DNA of 64,000 bases from Salpingoeca rosetta (Eukaryota > Protista > Choanoflagellata). Positions 45,666 to 61,183 of the stretch are shown piece by piece. The notes beneath the pieces were generated by a model, which ran no database searches, had not been told where the DNA came from, and saw only the letters and a program-made list of their open reading frames with translations. The stretch covers positions 123,361 to 187,360 of the forward strand of contig JAWQFM010000023.1 in NCBI GenBank assembly GCA_033442325.1, written 5' to 3'. The number at the start of each line of letters is the position of its first letter. Position 1 is the stretch's first letter. The position numbers were made by a program, and so were the translations under genes.

Positions 45666-47271
45666 CCACACCTTGGCGACATGGGCGGCAAGCTGCTCCT
45701 CTGAATCAAACTGATCTGTTGAGATGAACGAGTTGGGAGGCAGCTTCTGGCGGAGCATTCTTTGAGGAGCGCCAAACACAACTGCACCGAAGCATCATAC
45801 ACAGACGACGTTGGTTCATGAGCCTCAACTCTCGCCCAATCACTCGCACGTGCGCAGAGCAGGCACGCAGGCGCGTGTGGTGTACACGGTGTGTTGCCGT
45901 ACTTGGAATGTTGCCGATTGCCAGGGAGCGCCACACTTTCTCCGTGATATAATAGTCAGATCTGCAACACAGCCACCGAGGTATGTGGTGTCAGCCGTTG
46001 TGTTATGCATGCATGCATGTGAATGTATGTGTGAATGTATGCATGTATGTATGTATGTATGTATGTATGTATGTGCGGTGTGTGTGTGAATGTGTGAATG
46101 TGGGTTGTGTATACATGCGTGCGTGCGTGTTTGGTGAAGCGAGTGAAGCGAGTGAGGCGACTGCGTGCTTGTCCGCATGCGTGACAGCAGTGGTGAGGTG
46201 CAATAGTTCGTCATACCTCGCGTTCTCAAACGCAAAGTAGAACTTGTATTTGGCCATTTCATTGAATTCCACATCTGGGTCTCGCTGGAGTCCAGGGCGA
46301 CAGTCAATGTCATCTGTCCAACATACAGTGGTGAGCGGTGAGCGTCAGCAGCTGTGTATGTTATGTGTATACATACGTGCATGCACCTGTGCGTGTGTAT
46401 ATGCGAATGTTGTAAAAGTACATCACGATTCGGTGGTCGGGGTTGTTGAACGAAACAGACAGGCGAGCCAGTAGGTACCGCTTACGCGAAAGTTTCGAGC
46501 ACCCGTTGCTGAAGACGCGCACACACTTGAGGTGGTTCGACAGCACTTTGGCCTTTTCAGTGCATGGCGAGCGACAGGGCGTAAGGTATGTCGTGTTGTG
46601 ATTTATGCTCACATGAATGAATGGGGCACACATACACACACACCAATGCACACAGACACACCAATGCACACAGACACATCTACACACCTGTGCACACATG
46701 CACACACACACACTTATACACACACACACACACACTTATACACGGGCGCGTCGACTGCGAAGTGCAATTGAGCTTACGAGGTGATTTCGCTTGGAGATGG
46801 CCATATTGGAGACAACCCAGATACCGTCGCACGTGCGCTAACGTGTTGGAGGATGCAGAGGAGCAAGGTGGAACACCAGGGATGTGACACATGCACGCGT
46901 TTGTTTAGCGGTGAACGGCGTTAGTCACACGACGACGTATGTTGTTGCGAAGAGATGTACAACGGAGGATGAGAGAACGATACGGAAGGTGAATGAACGA
47001 TACGCATGCACAGAGATCGACAAAGACACACACACACACACACCTTTTCGTATGGGTACTTTGCGAGGATGGACATGACGGACCAGGCGGTCGGCGTCTT
47101 TAGGGTGCGGCCCCAGCTGATGTCGATGTCAGCATCTGGATGATAGGACGCCACAGACGTGAACCTGCGCGTCCAAGGTGCACGCGTGTCACGAATTGTG
47201 GGTATTCGGTAAGAAGCACGCACTTGCACAGATCATAGACACAACCACACAGGTTTAACAACGGGTCGCAT

Positions 47272-47322
<51 letters not shown>

Positions 47323-47548
47323 CAAACGCGGAGTGGTTTGCGACAGAAGGCCGTACTTGTCACTCGGTGGAGTTTTCCGGAGTGCTTCACGCGTTGCAAA
47401 GATGGTGATGGATGCATCAGGGTTATATCCGATGACAGCATCTGGCTTCAGGCCCTCTCTTTTGGCAGACTCGACCATCTTGCATTGTGGTGCAATGTCA
47501 GGGCACGCTTTCTCCCACGACGGCCCTTTAATGAGGTACTGGGAGCCT
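43689..47548 (-). CDS. GT10 alpha-1,3/4-fucosyltransferase (N-terminus unresolved) with C-terminal coiled coil
   Basis: Exons give FTSVASYHPDADIDISWG, IWVVSN, YKFYFAFENAR, SDYYITEKVWRSLAIGNIPIVFGAP, LPPNSFI..F..EEQLAAHV, YHAWR and CRLC; these are the GT10 alpha-1,3 motif and C-terminal CxxC. Confidence 0.85.
44610..44709. other. Assembly gap (100 N)
   Basis: Run of n. Confidence 1.
44710..46992. repeat. 594-bp direct duplication (44710-45303 matches 46399-46992) containing two GT10 exons
   Basis: Apparently identical sequence at offset 1689; identical ORFs in the track (44843/46532, 44932/46621, 44991/46680). Confidence 0.95.
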
Positions 47549-47611
47549 GCTCTCGGAATGGGGGTGAATGAGAAAAGGAGAAAGACATGGTGAGACACCA
47601 TGAGGCGCATT

Positions 47612-47688
<77 letters not shown>

Positions 47689-47771
47689 GACACACACACA
47701 GTCACACACACACACACATAAACAAAGCAACCAAACAACCACACATACGCACACCCTGCATGCGTGGTGCC

Positions 47772-48914
47772 TCAAAAGAACTGCTCATGCCAGACCTTCT
47801 CATCGATATCGAGTGCAGGATCGTAGAGGAGGTGCAAGGATATGTCGCGTGCCTCCTCCACCTCCACGTGCACGACGTCCCGCACCTCGTGGAAGTCTGC
47901 CGTGGCCGATATGGGCCGCTTGGCTGGGCTCAGGTTCTCGATGGCGACCCGGGCGTGCCGATGCAGCACGCCGCCGCGAAGTCGCCGTGGCCGGAAGGCG
48001 CAGATCGGGGTGAGGGTGAGCAGCCCGGAATCGAGCGGGAGCATGATGCCGCCGGCCGACGCGTTGTATGCGGTGCTGCCAGCCGGTGTGGCCACCAGGA
48101 TACCATCGCTGATGAGCGGGTTGATGCGCACCGTGCCGTCGATGCTCACGCACACGTGTGCAGCTTGACGCGTCTGCCTGAAGACAGAGACCTCGTTGAA
48201 GGCGAGCGAGTGCGTCACTTGGCCGTGCACGTCCACGGTGCGCAGACGCAGTGGGTGAATGGTTCGGCAGACAGCAGCGTGCAGCCGTTCCATCAGCATC
48301 TCCTCCAAGTACTCGTTCATGAGAAATCCAATGGTGCCGCGATTCATGCCAAAGACAGGCAGTCCACTCATGGCGTGTCCGTGCAGCTGCGATAGCAGGA
48401 AGCCGTCGCCGCCCAAGGCCACGACCACATCCGCCGTGCCTTCGCCAGCGGTTGCGTCGTCACTGGTGGCTGCAGCACCGATGGGCAGCGCAGCCCCAGT
48501 GTCTCTGCCGTTGCCGTTGCTGTTGCTGTTGCCGTTGTTCTTGGCGCCGACAACGGGGATTCTGCTGCCTGTTGTTTCGGGTTGTTTACGGATTGGCAGG
48601 GCGTGCTGCTTGTATCGCAGCTTGAGCGCCATGAGTGCCTCCTGCGCGGCCGGTGCGTTGCTGGCCACGAAGTGCGGTCGGAATAACCTGGGCGGCTTGT
48701 TTCCGGGTTGTGTCGCTGCCGAAGTCGGCGCTGTGGCACTATCACGTTTTCCTTCACTGCCAGTGCTCATGCGACGCCGCCACCAATGACGGTGCTTGCT
48801 TCGCTGCGCCAGCGAAACAAATTGGCGGCGGTGGGTATTGCGGATGATGGTCGGTGGTGCGTTCGTCCTCGCTCGCCACCACCTCAACCCCGCAACAGCA
48901 CGACCTTGCTGCAT
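47772..48914 (-). CDS. NAD kinase, bacterial PpnK/NadK type, intronless, with Arg-rich N-terminal extension
   Basis: ALGGDG, GMNRGTIGFLMN, AFNEV, DGILVATPAGSTAYNASAGG, LTPICAFRPRR, C-terminal LLYDP...EQFF*. Confidence 0.93.
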   Translation of the reverse strand: MQQGRAVAGLRWWRARTNAPPTIIRNTHRRQFVSLAQRSKHRHWWRRRMSTGSEGKRDSATAPTSAATQPGNKPPRLFRPHFVASNAPAAQEALMALKLRYKQHALPIRKQPETTGSRIPVVGAKNNGNSNSNGNGRDTGAALPIGAAATSDDATAGEGTADVVVALGGDGFLLSQLHGHAMSGLPVFGMNRGTIGFLMNEYLEEMLMERLHAAVCRTIHPLRLRTVDVHGQVTHSLAFNEVSVFRQTRQAAHVCVSIDGTVRINPLISDGILVATPAGSTAYNASAGGIMLPLDSGLLTLTPICAFRPRRLRGGVLHRHARVAIENLSPAKRPISATADFHEVRDVVHVEVEEARDISLHLLYDPALDIDEKVWHEQFF

Positions 48915-49355
48915 TGCTGTTGTTGTTGTTCGTCGTTGTTGTCCTTCCTGCAGGTTGGAAAATTTGCAAATGTGGAAGTCAAACATCGACGCTGCGTGCG
49001 AGAGAGAGAGAGAGAGAGAGAGTGTGTGTGTGTGTGTTTGTGTGTGGTGTATTATTGCTCTCCCTAGCGTTCTCCCACTGTCTTCACTTGGCTCTCTCCA
49101 TCTCTCTCTTCTCACGTGCATGCGTGTGGGATAGGTATGCCGCTTCATGACAGGTGAAACAAACTGTAACGCAGAGCACGCTGGTAACAAGAGACACCAG
49201 CCAGCGCCTTGATTGACTACAAGTAACGGCAGAGGGTGTGTAACGTGAACCAACATGCAGAATGGTATGCATTGGATCTACAAGTGCCATGTTGTCGATT
49301 AACATGTGTGTGTGTGTGTGTATGTGTGTGTGTGTGTGTGCTGGGTGTGACCAGA

Positions 49356-51456
49356 TCATGGCCGCGGGCATGGTGTTCTGAGGGGCGCAGGGAGGCCTTT
49401 GCCCATCTTGTAGCATGCAAGCAGCTTATCCATGGTCGGAAACAGCGCGCTGTTATCCAGCGAGAAGGTGAACCCCGGTTTGTGCTGTGTGGGGGGTGGG
49501 GAAGGCAATACATAATGTGTGCATACGAGGAAGTGTTTGTGAGGTTGCGCGTGCCAAGAGGCAGCCAGCCACAGAGAAGAGACAGACACACGCACACACA
49601 GACACACACACACACCTACATAGCAACACACACCTACGCACACACAGACACACATGCGCACACAGACACACAGACAGAGAGAGACACACACACACAGACA
49701 CACACAGACACACACACACGCCTAAATAGCCACGGACACACGCCACCGAAACGTACGTCTGCAATTGGGGACTTGGGCCATCCCCAGCAGGCAATCTCAA
49801 TGTGGTAGACGTCACCGCCAGCAACGAGCGACAGCACATATTGCTGCCAACAAGGGGAAGCAGAGGGAGGGTGCGACAGAGCACACACGTGAGCGCATAT
49901 GTGTGTGCTTGCGTGTGTGTATATGTGTGTGCGTGTGTGCATGTGAGCAAGCAGGAGCATGCGGATCGCAGGTGCCCATGCAATTCGGTGCCCGGCACCT
50001 TGGTCTTTGTTGATTCGCGGACGAGCCACGTGCCATCGCCGCTGTCTGCGGAGAGAAGTCGCTGTACAGCGGCTGCGCGATCGAGCGGACCGTGGTACCA
50101 CGACGCCGCCGCGATGGACGACGTCAGCGAGCTGTACATCTCCGACAGCGCAGCCACGGTCGCATCCTGCTCGCTCGTCGTCTGGAGGAGATGGAGGGAA
50201 AGGAGGGGGGCGGGGCGGGTTGTGGGGGCGTTGGAGTGGGTGGTGGAGTTGACGGCGTGAGGTGCATGTTTGCATTGTGCAGCAATCAGACAGAGGCATG
50301 TGCACACAAAGACACGCAGGCAGGCAGATCGGCAGTTTGGTAAAGAGAGAGAGAGAGAGAGAGAGTGTGTGTGTGTGTGTGCGGGACAGACAGACAGACA
50401 CGCAGGCAGACACACAGACATACACACACATATACAGACATATACACATACACACAGACACAGAGACAGAAAGACAGACACACACATGCACACGTACACA
50501 TACACGCGCACACACACACACACACATAGACACACACACACACACAGACACAGAGTCCACCTTTGAAGCGGTGGAGGAGGAGGAGGAGGCGGGGACTTCG
50601 TAGATGGCTTCATCGGTCTGGGACGAGAGCTGGAACTCTCCAGACAGCGACATGGCGTCCATGCGATCCTGCACCGCAACCACCACCTCGTCCATGTTCT
50701 CATACAGCTCATTCTCACGAACGTCGCCCTGCTGCTGCTGCTGCTGTGCTGGGGACGATGATGGGGGCTGGTGGGATGGCGTCTCGGTGTAGAGATGGTT
50801 GCGCGTGTGTGAGGCGGCGATGCCGGCGGGCTCCTCCTCCTCAAACATGATCGGCACGCGGTGCAGCACATCAGACTCCGACACGTGGAACCCGGACTGG
50901 AGCCACGAGAAGAAGGTCGGGTACGTAGGGTGTACAGGCGTTGTGCCAGAGATATGTGTGTGTGTGTGTGTGTGATTGTGATTGTGTGTGTGTGTGAGTG
51001 TCAGTGTGAGTGTGTGTGCGCGCGCGCGTGTTTGTGTGTGTGTGTGTGTGTGTGTGAGGGTGAGAGTGTATGTGTGTGTGTGTGATATTGATTGTGATTG
51101 TGTGTGTGAGTGCGTGTGAGGATGAGGGTGAGAGTGTGTGGGTTCAGCGGGGCAACAGCAGGGTGACACGTGTGTGCAAAGGTCCGCAGGAGGAAGTGGA
51201 CAAGTGGATGCATGTGCCCGCACCTTTCCCTGCATGGACTTGTTCCTGAGGGCGTTCCTGACCCTTGGGACGACGAGGCGGAGGGCGGGGTTGAGGTGGC
51301 CCATGAACAGCCCGCCTGATGGGGTGGTGGTGGTGGTGTTGAGGAGGAGGAGAGGTGGGTGGAGGGGGTGTTGAGGAGGAGGAGGAGAGCGGGGAAGAGA
51401 AAAACAAATTGGGCAAAACACACCCACACAGCCAGCCAGCCACCGACACACACACA

Positions 51457-51501
<45 letters not shown>

Positions 51502-51777
51502 CACACACGACGACGACGACGACGTGGGACGGATTTGATCGGCTCCCAAGCGCCAATGTTTCCTAAGTCCATTGGATTCTCGCGTCTTTGGGTAGTAAGC
51601 GTACCTGAGTTACCGAGCTGTGAGGGGGTAACTAGATAAGTAGACACTGACCGGAAAGTTGTAGTTGTTTCTTTTATATCCCTTTTATCTTTGTCCGAAG
51701 TCCGAAGACCCGGAGATTGACCCGCTGAGTATGAGCCTTTGGATGTAGTTTGTGGAAGATTTACATGAGATAAGGAG

Positions 51778-51842
<65 letters not shown>

Positions 51843-52009
51843 AACGGACATACGTGGTGGATGAAGCCGTTCTCTGTGAGCTTTCGCCCCAGATCAACGG
51901 CCTCCGTGTAATCCTTGACCAACTCTGCAGCATACACACGCCAACACGTGTGCACAACCCCGATGGCCAAGTGCTGATGTGGTGAGGCGAGGAGCACCCC
52001 ATATACCGA

Positions 52010-52080
<71 letters not shown>

Positions 52081-52598
52081 CACACACACACAGACGAACA
52101 CATCATACCTTGGGAGAGGAGCCAGGGGATAAACTCCCTCGTGACAAAGCAGCGTGAGAAGGTGCGAATGCCAAACTCCCTAATGAGTGAGTAACAGTAA
52201 TAGTTTGTGTGGGGTCATGGTGTTGTGAGCACGCTTGTTGTTGGGGGCGCTGAACATTGTACGCAAAGAGAGAAGCATGGTTACTGGTTGGGCCAGTATC
52301 CAAATGTGCTGTGGACGCATGGGTACAGGGCGGGTCAAGCAAGGTCGGGCCACCACCTGTCCTTGATCATGATGCCCGAGGCGTGCATGGCTGCGTGGAT
52401 ATGCACGGCCAGACGACAGTTGAGCTGGTATGACCGTGTGTCCGCTGTACCACAACCATCAACAGGCAGCACACAAAGGGTGAGGTGGACATGAATCGTG
52501 GAGGTTGCCACACGCGAACTCTGCATATTTGCGCTCGAGGAATGCAAGCAGGCAGGCAAGCGAGCAAGTATCAACACAAAGCCTCCCCTCAAAACAAA

Positions 52599-52649
<51 letters not shown>

Positions 52650-53215
52650 CACAGGAGGGTCACCTTTGAAGGTGCCATCGTCTTGGCGAAAGCGATAGAA
52701 CAGGGGCTTGTCGGCAAACTGGTGATCATCGACGACGTGGTGAATGACGCCGAACATCAGGAGGGAGCAGCCAACCATCACGGCTTCCGATCGAGACTTA
52801 CAATCCCCTGTCTCAACTGTGGGTGGCGAAGGTGGCGATGGCGATGGTGTCAGTTGGGGGTCGCGGTTTGTGACGAGGAGTGTTGGCAGTGTGAGTTTCG
52901 CTTGTAACGGGCAGGGCAAACATTGCCACTATCACTGGCACTGCGGTTGGGAAGACCGAGAGCTCACACCCATCAACGCACCAAGATGGGTGACCAGTGC
53001 ATCTCCCTTGAAGCATCGGGAAAATGTCTTGGACGATCAGAAAGGATGCAGCAGAGGGAGGAATCAAGTGGGCAGGCAGGTAGGAAAGCATGTGAGGGTC
53101 GAGGTCATCGAGTTGATGAGAGGATACACACACCACACAGACGCAGACGCACACACTACTCACACTCACAGACACACTACACACACACTCACACACAACA
53201 CACACACACACACTA

Positions 53216-53283
<68 letters not shown>

Positions 53284-54025
53284 GCACGCACAGACACACA
53301 CAAACACACAATACGCACACACAATACGCACACACACCTTGAAGCGGTAGGTGCGATCCTTGATCTTGAACTTGTCGAGAAGGTGCAGGCGCAGCTGCGC
53401 TGCGTGGTCGTAGAATGCATTGAGCTCCCCAGCCCGCAGGCTGCGGGTGAACCTTCGAAGTGTCACAGCACCACAGCATCAGGACAGGACGTGACACGGT
53501 GAGAGAACGCAACAGCCGCCACCACCAGCCAGCACTAGGTAAGGAAAGCAGAAAGGAGGGCAGTCAGGTCGTGTGCACTGTGTGCGCTCGGAGGAGCGAG
53601 TGCGCCATCTCAGCACAATACAAACCTGTTCACAGTCATGCTTGCGGAAAAGTGGTAGAAAACATGACAATTCCTCCCACCGTCATGAGGCAAGGCGATG
53701 ACGGACGTGGTGTGCGTGCATGTCGTGTGGTGTGCGTGCATGTGGTGTGCGTGCGTGTGCAAGGGTGTGCGTGTGCGTGCGTGCGTGCGTGTGGTTGTGT
53801 GCGTGTGCGTATGCGTATGCAAGGGTGTGGTGTGGTGTGCGTGCGTGCGTGTGGTTGTGTGCGTGTGTGTGTCACTGTTGCTGCACTATGAATTGGGCTT
53901 TACCGCTGCTGGCTCAACACGTGGTTGAGGATTGTAACACAAGAGTAGCAAAGCGACAGGTGGCGGGGAGGTTGTCGATACAGTAACGTGGCATGACAAG
54001 AGCACGACGAGAGACAAGACATCAT
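49356..54025 (-). CDS. Tandem-DEP (DEPTOR-like) protein with Tyr-motif linker and C-terminal SH2 (start uncertain)
   Basis: DEP1 LRLHLLDKFKIKDRTYRFKTFSRCFKG...EAVMVG..L..GVIHHVVDDHQFADKPLFYRFRQDDGTF; DEP2 IKDR..TFSRCFVTREFIPWLL...EAVDLGRKLTENGFIHHV; SH2 WYHGPLDR..A..LL...DGTWLVRES, YVLSL, YHIEI, FPTMDKLLACY, LRTPC. Confidence 0.8.
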
Positions 54026-54270
54026 GCACACTCCAGGTAGACAAAGAATGATGGCAAGCAGAAACACACACACACACTCGTGGAGAGACAGGTGGGTGAA
54101 GAGACACAGCAGCACACACGCATAATCACACACACATGTACACACATGTACACACAGTCGCAAATGCGCTCACACAGACACAATCAATCATGCGCACACA
54201 CAGTACACACTCACACACATCGCATACACGCTGCATACACACACCGCATACAAAATCACAATGGCACACA

Positions 54271-55329
54271 CTAGGATATGCAACAGCAGCTGCAGCAGCT
54301 GCTTGATTGCGAGCCTTGTCCCGATTCTCCGAGCAGCGGCATATCCTCAAAGTCAGACGCAGAGACTGCGCAGACAGAGATGCAGACAGACAGACAGACA
54401 CACAGACACACACACACAAAACAGACACATGTCACATGTGGCATGAGTGCTTGCACGGTGAACTAGGGTGGGAGCCATGGATTGCGGGTCAGACACGATG
54501 CAGGAAGAGGGAAAACAGCCGCACGTGCAGGCAGACAGCTGCAGTGGATGTTCATGTTCATATCATAACGTAAAGTACGTACACACATAGAAGTCGTACA
54601 CAGTCGCAGAGTTGCACGATCGCGATCACAATCACGCACGCACACACACACGAATTCTCACAGCAACGTTCATACACACAAGCAAACAATTGGACGCTCA
54701 CATGTGACGGGCTTGTGTGTTGGTACTTCGATGAAGTTGATGGAGTGGTTGTCTGCAAGTCTTGTGCAAGAGTGGGATCCGGAACAGCTGATGTACAAGG
54801 CGAGTGTTCCATGAAACGTGGGTTGCGGGGGAGGACAATTCAAGGATGTCAGCACATCAGGAGGTGATCATGTAGCAAACGTACATGGAAGAAGAATGTA
54901 AAATTCACAACAGCGCACACACTGGGCAACGCGACAGCTTGACGGACACACAGTCAGACACAGGCAGACACAGACAGACACACAGAAAAGCAGACACTCG
55001 CATCCCCCACCCACCCACACCCAACCGCGCCAATTCACCTCCAGTGTTGGTTGTTGACGAGGAAGAGCAGGTGATACACGCCGTATTTGAGTTTGAGGGT
55101 CGTGGAGAACTGGTTGTCTGTGTCTTTCTTCAAGACGTGCCTCCTGTACCAGCGAGACGAGTGTCCAAACATGAAGCAATTGGATGAGCGAGGAAGCCAG
55201 CACATCTGATCGCGATCACGGACCTCCAAACAGTACTTTTCCACACACACACACACGCACACACACACACACAATACAGATGCAAGTAAACTCATACGTC
55301 CACACGTCCACACGTCCACACACACACAT

Positions 55330-55372
<43 letters not shown>

Positions 55373-55519
55373 CACACACACATACACACACCTTGCACGC
55401 TTGATGCTGTCAACGTTCGTGTGAAGGCCTCCAGCAGGCACAATGGCCACTTGCACGCTTGTTAACTCATTCGGTGGCCTCCGCATGGGCGTAAACGTGA
55501 TGCTCAACGACTCGCTCAT
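54271..55519 (-). CDS. Small AMPK-beta/CBM48-like beta-sandwich protein ending in a Cys-rich CaaX-like tail
   Basis: Four phase-consistent exons give about 137 aa, including [23 protein letters not shown]...[10 protein letters not shown], ending [10 protein letters not shown]. Confidence 0.65.
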
Positions 55520-55750
55520 GGCGACAGCAAGTGCTTGCTGATCCAATCGGCAATGCGGCAACGACGACTACCAATGAAGAGACAGCGTTCAAGAAGGCAA
55601 CAGACAGCAGCGCTCGACCATGTGTTTGTTCGTATGCTGTATTGATGGCATATAAATAGGCCAAACAAAGGACGATATCGCCGCGCTCATGTCACACAAC
55701 CATTCATCCACGATCACCCACCCACGATGCCACAAGTTCGTGTGCTGGTG

Positions 55751-56531
55751 ATGCAGCTGCTTGCAGTAGCTGCTGTTGCGAGTGTACTGTCGCCGCACCT
55801 GTGTGGTGGGAGCGTGCTGGAAGATGTGCCCGCGTACCTGCAGCGGGTGAACACGACAGCGCTGACGCTGTCGCATGAACACTGCAAGTACCACCTTCAC
55901 GTGTGGATCGATCCCCTGTGCCCGGATGGCAAGCGCGTGTGGCACGAGGCGCAAACCATGGACGTCCCTGAAAACATCGACATCTCGTTCCACCTCTTCG
56001 CCTTGCCCTTCCACCCGCTTTCATATGAAGTGTTACAGGTGGTGCACCAGCTTCCAGCAGACCCAAACCACTCGGCAATCACCTCCTTCATTGGCCGTGT
56101 GTTTGAGAGCATGCACAAGTTCTCTGCAGAGGCCCTCAACCACGGTACGCTCCGCGACCTGCAGGTGGACCTGCACGAGCTCGCCGCGCTGCCATCGTCG
56201 TCGTCGTCGTCATCGCAGCTGTCGCAAGAAGCAACGGGGTCCCCGTCCGCACAGCAGCTGGCACGCTTGCACGTGAAGCTGGCAGCGGCCCTTGGCATCT
56301 ACGAGTCACCGCAGTTCCGCGTCAACCGCTGCGATCAGGAAATGGGCGACGTGGACGCTCGACTCGTGGCCGCTGGCCTCTCAATCAGCATCTTTTCCGT
56401 CCGTCAGGCCGTCAGCCACATCTTAGACCAAGTGCGCGCGTGTGTGTCTCGTGTTTGTGTGTGTGTGTGTGTCTCGTGTGTGTGTGTGTGTCTCGTGTGT
56501 GTGTGTGTGTCTCGTGTGTGTGTGTGTGTGT

Positions 56532-56589
<58 letters not shown>

Positions 56590-56766
56590 TCGTGTGTGTG
56601 TGTGTGTGTGTGTCTCGTGTGTGTGTGTGTCGTGTGTGCGTGCGCTCCAATGTGCACCTCTTAACCTGGACATGATCACTTTGTGTTTTGGTACGCTCAC
56701 GCTTCTGCTGCGCTTAACAACCCCCCCCCCCTTTGACATTCGTTGCAGACATCCATGTCGTCATAG
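55751..56766 (+). CDS. Secreted DsbA/thioredoxin-fold protein (start could be 55727)
   Basis: Signal peptide; WIDPLCPDG, FHLFALPFH and the cis-Pro loop GIYESPQFRVN. A short second exon ends TSMSS*. Confidence 0.72.
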
Positions 56767-57058
56767 GAAGGAAGAACGGCAGCAACCGCCATTTTCTTTG
56801 ATCTTGGATGCATACTGCTTGTTGCCTGGACATGTTTACATTAGTTCGGTTGCGTGGTTATCCTTGCGTCATTTGTATGTGGTGGGTGTTGGCGTATTCG
56901 CGGCATAACTTCATCTCGTGGTACCGTGGCCTCGATAATAACGATTGCTTCGTCGAAGCAACGCACCAAGCACTCAAACTCACGGCACGCACGCGCATAC
57001 TTGAGGTAACTCAGCAAGCACACGAACTAAAGCACAAAGCCCAGCATGGACATGCGCG

Positions 57059-57098
<40 letters not shown>

Positions 57099-57212
57099 AT
57101 AGACAGACGGGGGAGACAGTTTGACTGGGGAGACAGCAGAGACAGACACTCACACACGCACACACGCACGTGGTAACACGGGAGTGCGTGTGCGTGCGTG
57201 GTGGGTTCGGGT

Positions 57213-60754
<3,542 letters not shown>

Positions 60755-61034
60755 GACGATATCCGTTGTTGCTTGCTTGCTTTGCTTTGCCTGCTGGCGT
60801 TGCTTTCGTTGTCGTTGTCGTTGTTGTTCGCACTCGCTCACTGAACTCAAAGAAAAATAACTACACCATCAACAATATTCCATGAACTGGTTGCAACTGA
60901 ATTTGGTTCAAGATATGTCAAACTTTCTTGTTGGGAACAATGAAATTGAATTCAGTCGGCCAGGACCACGCACAAACCCGTTACCGCGAGAGGGGGAAGC
61001 AGCGTGTTGTGGCTGGAGATCGCACTGCTGCACA

Positions 61035-61146
61035 CCACACACCACGCACACCGTGCACGCCACACACCACGCACACCGTGCACGCCACACACCACGCACA
61101 CCGTGCACGCCACACACCACGCACACCGTGCACGCCACACCGCACA
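61035..61146. repeat. 25-bp minisatellite x4 between the GMDS and FANCJ starts
   Basis: Unit cacacaccacgcacaccgtgcacgc. Confidence 0.9.
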
Positions 61147-61183
61147 CTGCACTGCTGTGCTTCCCTCCACCACATTCTGTGAA

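Noticed and set aside
51525-51780. Compositionally odd, AT-richer stretch as a possible insertion or mobile element
   Set aside because: No terminal repeats or coding signal. It is flanked by (CA)n and sits where the end of DEP2 should be, so it is most likely low-quality sequence.
53900-55519. Fusion of the CBM exons with the DEP-SH2 gene
   Set aside because: Exon phase leads to a stop at 54271 immediately after a CaaX-like motif, so they are treated as two genes.
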